Origin: Marsupella aquatica
Taxonomy: Eukaryota; Plantae; Marchantiophyta
NCBI GenBank assembly: GCA_973895155.1
Contig: OZ316899.1
Coordinates: 10,567,135 to 10,631,134, forward strand
Reading direction: 5' to 3'
Length of the DNA stretch: 64,000 nt
The notes under the pieces were generated by a model. The model saw only the letters and a list, made by a program, of their open reading frames with translations. It was not told the DNA's origin and ran no database searches. Position numbers and translations under genes: made by a program. Shown here in pieces: positions 50,682-62,030 of this stretch (positions within the stretch are counted from its first letter, which is position 1; each line of letters begins with the position of its first letter).

Positions 50682-53216
50682 ACGTTACCCGTGTCACATA
50701 GCTCCCCACTCAAGTGTGAAGCGTCCTCGCAAACATCATTACGCTCATCATCCTGGTGAAAGTACTTCTTTACATGATCGTAACTGAATCAATTGGGAAA
50801 GAGGTCACCGATGTACGTTGATAGCTGTAGGGATCCGTTCGGGTACATCTGCTGGACAATGAAAGGTCTGAGCCAACGTGTGTGCAACTTTCCTGGAAAG
50901 TACATGTACCTGCTATCATATAGAAGGACAAGATCCCTAGTAGTGACGTCCACGTGTCGTAGTCCCTTGTTGTGTTGTTTCTTCATTGCTTCTTGCTTTG
51001 AAGCCACGCGTTGCGATGCCCATAATCTCTTTTCTTCTAGGCTGTCGATCTTGTACGCTTGATTGGATGAGCTAGCATCCTCCGTTAACCCGTGGCGGAT
51101 GCTTATCCATGGAGTCTTGACCTCAAACTCAACGGGAACGAGAGCATGTTGTCCAAAAACCAAAAAGTATGGACTATGGTTTGTAGTAGTCTTAAACGCC
51201 AAGTTGTACAAATAGACTACCGCGAAAAGCTTGTCATCCTAGTCTGTTTTGTGGGCGGCTACGGTTTTGTTGAGAATTTTTCCTACAATACCATTAGCCC
51301 GCTCCGCTAGTCCATTACATTTTGGGTGATAAGGAGTAGTCTTCCTATGTTTGACAAGGTATCGGTTAGTCAGCTTCTCGACCGTTTCATTCAAGAAATG
51401 AGTCCCGCGATCGCTCATTCCAACAGAGGTCCAAAACGGGTGAAGATCTGTTTGTACAGGAACCTGGCGGTGGTGGCTGCGTCATCTTTGACCGTTGCTC
51501 GGGCCTCCACCCACTTAGTTGAATAGTTGATAGCAAGAAGGATGTACCGGCAACGCCAACCTTGGGTTACAGGGGTGAACGGTCCGATATAATCAATGCC
51601 CCATTTCTCAAACGGGGCAAGAGGAAAGATCAGGGTAAGAGGGTGATTACCCGATCTGCGTGGTTTGCCCACCCTCTGACACAGGTCGCAACCTCGGATG
51701 AACCGGGCTACGTCGTGATGAAGCGTAGGTCACCAGTAACCCACATCCAGGATTTTGTGGGCAGTGATTACTGGGGCGAAGTGTCCCCCTGCCTCCTCCT
51801 TGTGCATAGCTCTCATGACGATGATTGTTTTGTTATATTCCAGGCATCTGCGGATCTTCCCGTCAACTCCTTCCTTATGCAAATGTCTGTGTATCATCAT
51901 GTAAGGCGCCGCCTTGCGCAGGAAGACTGACGCGGCCTCCTGGTTGATGTTACCTGGAATGCGGCCAGTTAAGAGAAAGGTGATGAGGTCCCCATACCAT
52001 GTCGGTTGGTCCATTTCAACGTGGAATAACTCTTCATCAGGAAATGCATCATCCACAGGTGCGTTGTTCGATCCCCCCTCAATCCTTGAGAAGAAGTCTG
52101 CATTCACGTGTGCCTTCCCAGGTTGTACCCGGACTTCATAGTCAAATTCTTGGAGCAGTAGGACCCAATGGGCTATTCTCCCCATCAAGTCCACTTTGTT
52201 TACCATGTACTTCAGGCTATCATGGTCAGTATGGAAAACTACCTTATATCCCAATAGATAATGGCAAAACTTTTTACACAAGTAGATGATCCCCAAGGCC
52301 TCTCGATCCGTGGGCAAATAATTTCTCTCCCGCAAATAGTTGTCGGCTCGCATAGTAGATGGGGTGGTCGCATTTCTTGTCGTCCAGTTGGCTCAGGACT
52401 GACCCGATGCAAAACCCATATACGTCAATGTACATGTGGAACTCCTTATTCCAGTTGGGGGTAGTCAAGATAGGAGCCATAGTTAGACGTTTTTTTAGCT
52501 CGTCAAAGCTGCCACTCGGCGGGGGGTCAGTTCTATGACTGCATCTTGTTTCACCATCTCGGTGAGGGGTAGGGCAATTTTTGCAAAATCCTGAATGAAT
52601 TGTCGGTAGTACCCCGCACAGCCTAAGAAAGACCGCACCGCCTTCTGGTCCATTGGATAAGGGACATTCATTCAAGCGGCTACCTTCTCTTGATCCACCT
52701 TGATGCCTCATTTGGATACACGGTGTCCAAACAACACCCCTTCCGTTACCCCGAAGAAGCATTTACCCGGTGCAGCTTCAATCTGACTTCCCTGCATCGC
52801 TTGAGGGTCCGCCTTAAGTGTTCTAGGTGCTGAGCAATTGTTCCAAAAATGGCAAAATCATCTATGAACACCTCCAAAAATTCTCATAGGAAATCATGAA
52901 AAATATTCATAATGATTCATTGGAACATCGTAGGGGCATTGCATAAGCCAAAGGGCATTCTTCTGAACGCATAGGTTCCCCCTCCGTTATGAAGGTGGTT
53001 TTGAGTTGGTCCGATAGTCTGATCCAGACCTGGTTATAACCCAAATATCCGTCTAGGAAGGTGTATACCTCATTTTGGGCTACCATGTCAAGAACCATAT
53101 CCGTGTAAGGAAGCGGGTAATGGTCTTTCCGAGTGGCGTCGTTGAGCTTCCAGTAGTCCTAGCATATTCAAATCTTGGGTTTACCATCAGGCCCTACTTT
53201 CTTGGGCACCACCACA
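50682..53216 (-). mobile_element. Gypsy element D (relative of B): degenerate RT-RH-INT, PPT and first 17 bp of the 3' LTR
   Basis: VVPKKVGPDGKPKI, PFEKWGIDYIGP; PPT region nearly identical to that of B; LTR start TGTGACAC at 50698; many frameshifts. Confidence 0.88.
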
Positions 53217-54070
53217 AACTAGAAGAATCCGAGGTGAACTGAGACCGCAATATGTGACTCATTTTGGCTCATGTGACTTCATTGTGACTCAACGTGACTT
53301 GACCCACGCTGTGACCCTTGGAGTTGCAAAAGTTGAGACCAAAAAATGGAAGTCACTATTGATACTGGGCTTTGCAACTTGCTTGATACCCATTTGTGAC
53401 TGATCTGTGACTTTATTGTGGAGTCTAGCCTTGTTTCTACGTGATTGCAATATGACTTTAACGAGTCACATGGTAAGTCACATACATGACTTGCTCGCAT
53501 TCAACAACGACTAGCGTGTGACCATTTTGTCAGGAGAGACCAATGGAGACCCTGGCCCGGGTCACACAATAGAACCATTTGGGACTCTATATACTCATGT
53601 TTATAACTAATAAGGTTCACATGCAAGTTGTAACCATGACTAATGAACACAGAGGGACAGTTCATAAGGAGAGAGAGCACTCCACATTACAATACATAGA
53701 AACCTGATGTTCTAACTTTAGAAATATAACACATAATTGAATACAAGAAATGAACATAGCATGAATGACATCCACATGAAAAAAAGCATCATATAAGCAG
53801 ATCCTACATAAAACATTCATAAGAATTAAACAAAATCACAATCTTGCTCTAAAATTTAGATCATTTGAATTCCAATGGAATAGTTTACAATGTGATCAAT
53901 GTAATTCAGACAAAATAGGAACTCATAATTGATGACTGCAGGATGAGATAACTGAAAGCACATGCATGATACTATGAATCTCAAAGAGGACATGATTCTT
54001 GTACTCCTTCTTGACATCTAAAATCTACATAACATGACTCACACTACAAACAAATAATGGCATGACATTG

Positions 54071-57000
54071 TTATGGATCCTCTATGAACTTGCTTGGCCA
54101 TAATACCAAAGAACCTGCAGCATCTCCAAGTGTCTTTTGAGGAGGATCATCATTTGTGTTTGGAATGGGAAGGACAGCTTTAGGTTTCACTAGTAATGTG
54201 ACTACTGAATAACCTGGGGGAATCCTCTTGCCATGGAACGTTGTGGAACCAACCTGCACTCTGCCAAATCCTACTCGTGTTCCACTCTCATCAACAGCTA
54301 ACAAGCCACTTTGTCCCTCAGCATTAGGTGCTTTCCCCACTTCCACCTTAGATCTTTCTGCCAGCACCGTTCTTGGAGGTTTGTATGAAACCTTTGACGT
54401 GGCTCTGCTCCCACCAGCAGACTTGCTTCGTGTGCGCATGCTTCCTCTCTTCACAGTAGTGAAGCTAGGCTCAGTAGGTTCCTCTATTAGGACTGTCACA
54501 GTAGCAGGTTCATCACCTAGGAGTGTCATACCAACTTACTCTTTGGTTGGTTTTATCTCAACAAGAGGCACACCTGTCATTGAGAATGATACATTCTGCA
54601 AATCATTTATCTCTGCAATGGAGTCAAGATCTACATAGCATGAATTTGGCTCAATGGTATCATTGTCATGCTTGCTGATATCCTCATTTGCCCCAACATT
54701 GATATCATCCACTCCCTTGCCAATGTCATCCTCATCCAAATATGGTTGACTGCCCTCTGTCAAACAAGTTGCTTGTACAGACTGCAACTTTGTTGCCTCT
54801 AAATTATAGCTCAAGTATTTGCCAGGTTCTCATACAAGTTCTTCTCTGCAGCACCTGTCTTATTCTCTATGGACACAACAACCACAATATATGTTACTGA
54901 AAATAACACATTCAACAAACAATGTCAATTCAAACTATACATTTGCTAATCATAACCCACACAGTTGTAAAGGCCTTACCTTCAAGCCTACATGTTGTTG
55001 GCATGCCAGAAGAGTGCATCGACTTTGCCACCTCAAGTGGTGACGGTGGAACTCCTGCAGAATTGGAATCAATTTTATCTCTCACCGACACAACAGCTTT
55101 CATTAATGTCTTGAAGTTCACATGGAACAAGTCAGTCAATGAATTCAAACGTTCATTGATCTCTGGAAGACATGTTTCGACAGCCTTCAAACGACCACTT
55201 ATCTCTGTAAGTGAAGATCCACCTCCCTACATGACACAGGGGTATAGGTTCAATCACTCCATATGAAATGTTGGGCAATATATGCACAATCAATGTTATA
55301 TACAGTGTACACCTGACATTCAATGCAGGTCATTCAATTACCAATCAGAACTCATATAACTTACATGCTTGGAGGATTCAGATGCACCCTCTTGAGCCCG
55401 GGTGTTCACAATTTCAGCCCTCAACTCTTCTTTTGAAGGGCTTTGCCCCAATTGGGCTTTCTGCACATGCATGGCAAACACAAGTTATCATTAATATTAT
55501 TCAGGGAACGTACACTAAAAAACAAAGTTTACATGTATGGGTTTACACTATAAAATAGTACATAGTGTAGCATAAATTACATAGCTAGGCCATTGATTCT
55601 TACCAAACGTTTTGTTGTCGGTGCAGTGCCGGTCCTTCTTGTCAGATTAGGGTTTTGAACACTCAACCTGGCCTCGGTCATCTGTGAACTCTTCTTTTTT
55701 GAAGCATCTGTTACAAAATAAGCTACTAACCTTGCCCACACTTTATCATCACAACTGGCTGGTGGAGGCATATCTGGCTTCTCCCCACCTTCCTTCCAAG
55801 CCTTATGCATTCTCCACCTCTCTTGCTTTATGATTTTACCTACTGTACTCTCTAGGCAACCTATGTCCACGCCATCATCACTGCCCACATAATTCCATTT
55901 GGCACCAACATTTTCACATACAGTCTTCCAATCTTTTGGATGCTGTTTTTTTTAATTAATAACACTCACATCTAACCAACGCAATACTTCATCTTTCAAA
56001 TCAGCATGCCATCGGTTCTTACGAGGACACTCAGCATCCACCCATTGTCTCTCATTCAACTTTATGTTCCCTTTCTTTGTCACCTCCCCTCGTGCACTGC
56101 TCTCGGTAGTACTGGGCGTTGTATTGGCCACCCCTTCATTCACCCTACCTGGGGTTCTAAAGCCACGTGGGAAAATACAATGCCATTCATGCTTGAGAAC
56201 TACATACAGCAGAATGGATGACGGCAACATTCAATGCTTCACTTCAAGAAAAATTCTTCAAACATACATACCTGTAGCTCGGCCTGTAGATGCCTGTGTA
56301 GGGACTGCACTCTGGAATTGTTGTGACCCTGGACCACCTGTCCAGCCTAGTACAAGGGCCGGATGATGTCACTTTCTAGGTATGTGTGTGCAAACATATG
56401 TACTGAAAACTAAGTACAAACTATAGGAAAACATATGAACATTCACCAACATACCTGGGCCCCTTTCGTGCTGCATCTGCATAGGGGCATTAGTGAATAC
56501 TTGAGTCGATGGTTCAACTGTCCAACCTGCACACATACATTTTCTATTATTATACATGTGCAGAATCCCCCCCACGTCAATGGACTCCACATATAATGAG
56601 TTCTTCCATTGCTGACAAGATCAGACATTACCTGCCCCTCTTCCAGCATTTGTAGGTACTGTATTTTGAAATCCCTGCCAATTACCTTCACCACCTTCCC
56701 AACCTTGTTCATTCCACGACCCACCACCATCCTCCCAACCTGGTTCAACCCATGTCTGTCCTTGTGGACATTGGAACTGATCATTACCAGCATTTGCCCA
56801 ATCAGGTTGGGCAGAATCTGCATGCAATGGCAGGTGGACAGAATTTCATGTTGTCTGAATCCAATACATCCCAAACAATGTCAAAAATTGATATGCAGTC
56901 TGAAATTCAGGAGTGTCATGCCTTCACAAATAACTGGCATATAGATATATACTCACATCCCCATGGTTGAGGTGGACGTCCATACCCACGAGACTGTGGG

Positions 57001-57211
57001 TTTGGACCTGCTCTGCCTCTACCACAGGCATAACCTAGAGTTGCCCCCTGCCATAGTATTGGGCACCAGCCTGGGATCTACCACTACTACCACCTCGCCA
57101 ACCTTGATCAGAGGTCAGCCCCCCCTGCTGGTATGGTGCATGCACAGGCTTTGCAGGCAAAACAGAACTAGCGGGACACTGCATCACATCACCAACTACA
57201 ATGTCAGGAAC
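54071..57211 (-). pseudogene. TnpA-like multi-exon gene of CACTA-2
   Basis: KNRWHADLKDEVLRWLD, KQERWR, last exon FHGK...NDDPPQ..LGDAAGSLVLWPS parallel CACTA-1; frameshift near 55950. Confidence 0.7.
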
Positions 57212-57274
57212 TAAGCAAGGTACATAGGGTGTAGTACTGAACATATGAAACCTCTCAACAAGAGTTTTTAACTC

Positions 57275-60200
57275 TGTGGTGCGTCCCATGGCTCCCTAAA
57301 CCCAAGAAACCCCCCAGCTCAAGCCGATTCCCGCGGGTTTCGCGCTTGGCGAGGCCGTTTCCGCGGCTTAGCGGCATGGGACGCTGCTAACCTTCTACTA
57401 CTACTATTAACATTTTACACACATATACTGGACAGATCCTTCATCGGGTCATGAGATACGTAGCCGGCCTAATCTAGGCCTTCCCCTGTCTTCCCCTGTC
57501 TTCCCCTCCGTCTTGTTAGGTATGTTTGGATTCCGCCACCGGAATGATCCCCAATAGGCTTGGTTAAGCCGCTAAGACCTCTCTCAGCTCGACACATCCA
57601 ACTCTCACTCCCCTGCTTACTTTCCTTCCTTTGGTTGATGTGGGCACTCTTCACACAAGTTAATGCGACACACAAATAGCAAAATGACTCATTCTGACTG
57701 AGTCATACCATGCACTTGCCATACAAACAGTACATCTCATACACAAGTTCTGCGAACTAAGCCGTGAGGCCAACTCTATTCAGCTCTTAGGCATGAGGAA
57801 ACATGAATATACACAAGGGTCACTGTATGACTAACCGAGAGCTTCTCGTACTACTTGATCCCAGCCCGGCTGGTGCAAACTAAAAACTTGCTAAAGAAGA
57901 GGCCCTGAGCTCCCCGCTGCCCAGGTACTTATCCTGGTAGTGGATCCGCCATTCTTTGCATTGTAAGCCTAATCTACTTAACAGTAATCTACTTGCCCGA
58001 ATCTACCTATGTACAGCAAGGCAGGAGCACAAGTGTTGCTCCTACCAGTGGGACCGCAATCCCACTAAGCTAAGTGTCAGGGCCGCTCCTGGTTCTGATC
58101 CTAATCCTAAACGTGGAGATCCGCACCCGCCCTGCCCACTCACGCCTCCTCCCTCCACGTCCGCCCTCCCTAAAAGGAACGGCGCCCTTGCACCGTCACG
58201 ACACCGGTGGTGGATCCTTAATGGACGCCCCCAACGCTTCCTCCTCAGCCACTGCCGTAGGCTCATTCCCTGACAGATTACCTGCCCTTGACTGAGTCAA
58301 CTCTCCATCAGCCTGACTGGGTCCACCATCGGCGTCAGCATCGGCTCGAGAATCGGTTACGGCCTCAGCCTCGGCTACGGTCTCCCCGGCCTGCTCAAGA
58401 GGCGGATCTGGAATACCGGCCTCCTTACTGAGTAGTTCGGCTTGGGCCGCACCACCCCCACCTGTGATCATAGCGGGATCTATTGCCGTATTCATGTCGA
58501 AGGATGGTGCTGGTTCTACCTCTTTGGTCACCACGGCTTGTGGAGTCGGATTACTCCTTGACCCTGAAGGTTTCCGCTTTTTCTTCTTTTCTGGTTCGGC
58601 AGCTGGTCCCTTCCCCTTCCCACTTACCTCCGGCACTGGTGCAGTTGGCGCGGCTTTTTCTTCGGCCAGTACCACTCCTGGTAACTTGGTTGCCCCAATT
58701 GGAGTTGGGCCTGATGAAGACAAGCACTTAAATACTGCGGCTTGTTTCTTCAGCCGCTCCGTTTGGTTGTCGGCCCGCCGCTGGAGGTTCTCCATCTTCC
58801 TCGTGATTTCCTCCAACTCCTCCTGGGTCTCATCCAGGTCCTTGCGTGCCTCCTCTAGTTCCTTCTGGGCTTCCTCCCGTTCTTGTTTCAAGGTAGTCCT
58901 CTCCTCCTGGGTTGCTTTTAGCTCCTTGTCGAGCTCTGCAATGATGACAGACTCCATCTGGTTCATCTTGGCGTAAGTCTGTTCGAGCATCTCCTCCCTC
59001 TCCCTTAGGTCGGCCTTGAAGCTGGCCGTCAGGGACGCAAGCTCCTGCTGCAGCGCCATAATCCCTTGATAGGATTTCCCTAACTCGGCCTCCTTCTGCT
59101 CAAGGGCTCCGCGGATTTTCTCGAGCTCCCCTTTCAACGCCCATTCCTTTCTTTGGGTCTCCGCCATGGCCCGGTTGTTGGCTGTTATGTGGGCCTCCTC
59201 TGTATTCTTCAGCTCTTGCTTCCACTTCTCCCTCTCTTTGATCGTGTCGGCCAACTCTCCCTGCGTCTGAGTCAGTTTATCCTTGATATTCTGATTATCA
59301 GCCTGCGCGGTGTCCAACTGCCCCTGCATGATGTTCAGCTCATGTCGTTTAATCCGCAGTTCATCTTGGGCTTTCTTGGCCGCCCTTAGATCTTCAATCT
59401 CGGCTTCCATCCTCCTAAGCCGCCGAATGACCTCGTCCTTCTTGCTTCTCTCTAAAGCCACCGCTTCTTCTAATTGGTGCTTCTCCAACTGCTCCCTATG
59501 GAAAAAGGGTCCTACCTCCAACTCTTCTCCAAAGATGCCGAGCGCAAGTTCCCCACACATCTCACCATACTCCATGGCTCTATTCTTAGCGTAGGTGGAG
59601 TAAGTAGAAGTGATCGGCATCGCCCATCGTGGCCTCTGCTCCCAAGCCGTCCTGCGGATCTCTTCAATCGTGGCTAGAGGTTTGCTTCCTTTTTTGGCTA
59701 GCCGCCTGATGTCCTCCGGCCAATCTCCTCCTGGTAAATCCTTTTCCTTAGCCAGGGCTGCCTCCTCCTCCTGCTTGATTCGCTCTTGAAATTCCTGCAC
59801 CGTCTGTTTTATGCCGTCGAAGCTCGGGGGAGCAACATCTGGTGGGGGAGACTCAGGGCTACTCTGCTGGTTGGGGTCCCCTCGCACTACCCTTGGAAGT
59901 GTGGGGACAAACCGGCCACAGGTCCTTACTCCTGGAACGTGATGGTCCGACCCATAGCCGGAATTATCATGGCTGCAGTCCTCCACTGCCTCCTCTACCT
60001 CTTGGACGTCCGGCTTCTCCCTCTCCTCTTCGTCGGTAGGAGCTTCAGGCAATTCTGCCTCAGATTCGGAGCTTGAGGTTCCCACGTACATTCGAACACC
60101 TGGCTTGGATTCCGGCCTGATTCTCTCCTTGTCTCCAGCAAAGGGGTTTTCTCTTGTGAGCCGGTGTAGGCCTACCTCTGTAGTAGTGTCCTGCATTGTT

Positions 60201-61943
60201 GCCGTTGCCGTTGTTGTTGCCGATGCCGATTTCTTTTCTTTCTCCAGTAGTTTTAGCAGACTCTGCATGCCTGGTTGCTGCATCGGCAAGTCCTCCTTCC
60301 TGGGCCTAAACACCTGCTCGATCGTAGGGCTAACAGGTGGTTGAGGCTTCTCAGCCAACGGCCTCGGCGTTGGAGCTTCCTCGGGTGCCCTTACCTGTAG
60401 GGGAAGTACCGGGGCAAAAGTCTGACCTCTGGCATACCGGCACAACAGCGGCATGTGATAGCCAAGCCGCGACACGCTCCCCATGCCGATTACCTGCTGC
60501 TCCTCCTTTAAGATCTTCTTCAATTGGTTGAGGAGGTACCCGTTGTAGTCCCGGCTTGGGTCTGGCCTTTCTGCCAGATAGACCTGTGCCTTGCCGATCT
60601 CTGCCCTCGGCAAGTTACAATGCATGGTCACCCGCAAGAAGTCGATCATCTCTCCTATGTGCGGGTTGGTGCAGGTGTTCCGGAAGAAGCCATTCTTCGT
60701 TGATGGCCCGGGGAACGACCGGAACTCCTTGTCAGGCAAGGTCTTCCTGGTATCAACTTTGGTCTTATTGCCTATCGGCAAGCCAAACACTTCGGCAATT
60801 ACCTTGGGAGTAAGATAGAAATCCTTCCCATATATCCTCGTGCAATTGGTCTCGGGTTCCCATGACCCCACGAATTCTAATAGGTCTGACTCCGGTACCT
60901 CCGGCTTCAGCCATGGTAATCTTACAAAGGCCTCTAAGCCGGATCCGGCCATGAAGCCTTGATACTTCTTGGTCTGCATGGCCGTAAAGCATGCATCCTC
61001 CTCCCGTGCAAAATGTAGTTGCACCTCCACCGGTAGGGTTGCCGCCCAGCCCTTCCAGGTGTCATCCCTGGTTGGAATGGCCTTGATGGGATCGACCTCC
61101 TCCTCTTCGGCTTCTCCCTGCCTCCTGCTCTGCTGCTCGGCTGGCTTCTTTGGTGTCGCCGACCTCGTTCTTTTTGCCGGGGTGGCTTCATCGTTGACGG
61201 CTCCCTTCCTCTTCATCTTTGCTGCCGTGGAGGTTTCTCCTAGCACCGTTGCCTGGGTCCACCTTTCCGTGCTTCCCTTTAATTCCCAGTGTATGTCGTT
61301 GCAGTTCTTGATGGCCTCTCGGATGCCGACGACGCTGTCTTTGCAAAACAGAAGATCGTCGAGTTGATTGGAAGTAGGCGTCCACAGGAACTCGTCCTTG
61401 ATGAGTTTGCCTCCTAAGAAAGCCGTCTTCTGCAGCTCCCACAATCGAGCGAGCTCCTGCCGTTCTCGAGCTGCCCTTTCTGATTCCTCGTCCTCGTAAG
61501 TCTTGATGTACTCAGTTGCCCGTTCGAACAGGCATCCCCAGAAATGTGCCGCTTGATTGACGTTGCTCATACCCTCCTTAGGTCGATCGTCGGTATCTAC
61601 TCTCTCCCCGAGTGCTTGCCTAAGCAGCTGACAGTAGTTGGCCTCCCGTAGTCGTCTGCCTAGTTCGTGCTCGCAAATGAGCCACCATCTCCTGCAAGCG
61701 CTCCTTACCCCTCTCCTCTGCCGGTCCTTCTTCCCGTTGATCCTTCCTAGCCGCCGACGCTTAACGCGCCCTAACCCTAATCGGGTTTTCACCCTCAGCC
61801 TTACCTCCGGCCTCGGCCCGGGTTCCATGGTTGCCCCTAATTGTTTATATTTTCCTTGTTTTGTCCCTATACTAAGGTGTTCCTAGGGTGCCTTCCTGCT
61901 TTACCCACTTAACCGGCCGAGTGATTCCTGTCTAGGCATCACA
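57275..61943 (-). mobile_element. Solo LTR A4 (4669 bp), inserted in CACTA-2
   Basis: TGTGGTGC...GCATCACA; TSD AACTC at 57270-57274 and 61944-61948. Confidence 0.95.
58196..61828 (-). CDS. Intact LTR-encoded protein (1210 codons; the conserved start is more likely MSNVNQ at 61570): PMD/Transposase_32-like core, acidic/Pro linker, long coiled coil, KKKKRK NLS
   Basis: Uninterrupted ORF; homologues in five other LTR copies from two families. Confidence 0.85.
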   Translation of the reverse strand: MEPGPRPEVRLRVKTRLGLGRVKRRRLGRINGKKDRQRRGVRSACRRWWLICEHELGRRLREANYCQLLRQALGERVDTDDRPKEGMSNVNQAAHFWGCLFERATEYIKTYEDEESERAARERQELARLWELQKTAFLGGKLIKDEFLWTPTSNQLDDLLFCKDSVVGIREAIKNCNDIHWELKGSTERWTQATVLGETSTAAKMKRKGAVNDEATPAKRTRSATPKKPAEQQSRRQGEAEEEEVDPIKAIPTRDDTWKGWAATLPVEVQLHFAREEDACFTAMQTKKYQGFMAGSGLEAFVRLPWLKPEVPESDLLEFVGSWEPETNCTRIYGKDFYLTPKVIAEVFGLPIGNKTKVDTRKTLPDKEFRSFPGPSTKNGFFRNTCTNPHIGEMIDFLRVTMHCNLPRAEIGKAQVYLAERPDPSRDYNGYLLNQLKKILKEEQQVIGMGSVSRLGYHMPLLCRYARGQTFAPVLPLQVRAPEEAPTPRPLAEKPQPPVSPTIEQVFRPRKEDLPMQQPGMQSLLKLLEKEKKSASATTTATATMQDTTTEVGLHRLTRENPFAGDKERIRPESKPGVRMYVGTSSSESEAELPEAPTDEEEREKPDVQEVEEAVEDCSHDNSGYGSDHHVPGVRTCGRFVPTLPRVVRGDPNQQSSPESPPPDVAPPSFDGIKQTVQEFQERIKQEEEAALAKEKDLPGGDWPEDIRRLAKKGSKPLATIEEIRRTAWEQRPRWAMPITSTYSTYAKNRAMEYGEMCGELALGIFGEELEVGPFFHREQLEKHQLEEAVALERSKKDEVIRRLRRMEAEIEDLRAAKKAQDELRIKRHELNIMQGQLDTAQADNQNIKDKLTQTQGELADTIKEREKWKQELKNTEEAHITANNRAMAETQRKEWALKGELEKIRGALEQKEAELGKSYQGIMALQQELASLTASFKADLREREEMLEQTYAKMNQMESVIIAELDKELKATQEERTTLKQEREEAQKELEEARKDLDETQEELEEITRKMENLQRRADNQTERLKKQAAVFKCLSSSGPTPIGATKLPGVVLAEEKAAPTAPVPEVSGKGKGPAAEPEKKKKRKPSGSRSNPTPQAVVTKEVEPAPSFDMNTAIDPAMITGGGGAAQAELLSKEAGIPDPPLEQAGETVAEAEAVTDSRADADADGGPSQADGELTQSRAGNLSGNEPTAVAEEEALGASIKDPPPVS

Positions 61944-62030
61944 AACTCTAAACTCCATACATCTGTGTTGCTTCAGAATTACTTTATTACACATCCCCTC
62001 ACTATTGTCCATGCAAACAATTCACATTAC

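Noticed and set aside
50682-53216. D as the internal region of family A
   Set aside because: The D LTR starts TGTGACACGGG whereas A starts TGTGATGCCTAG.
57321-57370. GC-rich hairpin near the U5 end of A
   Set aside because: Pairing needs G-U on the antisense strand and variants among copies are not clearly compensatory.
58196-61828. Host SMC/myosin-like gene or envelope gene
   Set aside because: Lies within TSD-flanked repeats; no Walker motifs, signal peptide or transmembrane helix seen.
57275-61943. A elements as TIR DNA transposons
   Set aside because: Only a short imperfect inverted end, 5-bp TSD, no DDE transposase; the homologous unit in B is a bona fide LTR.
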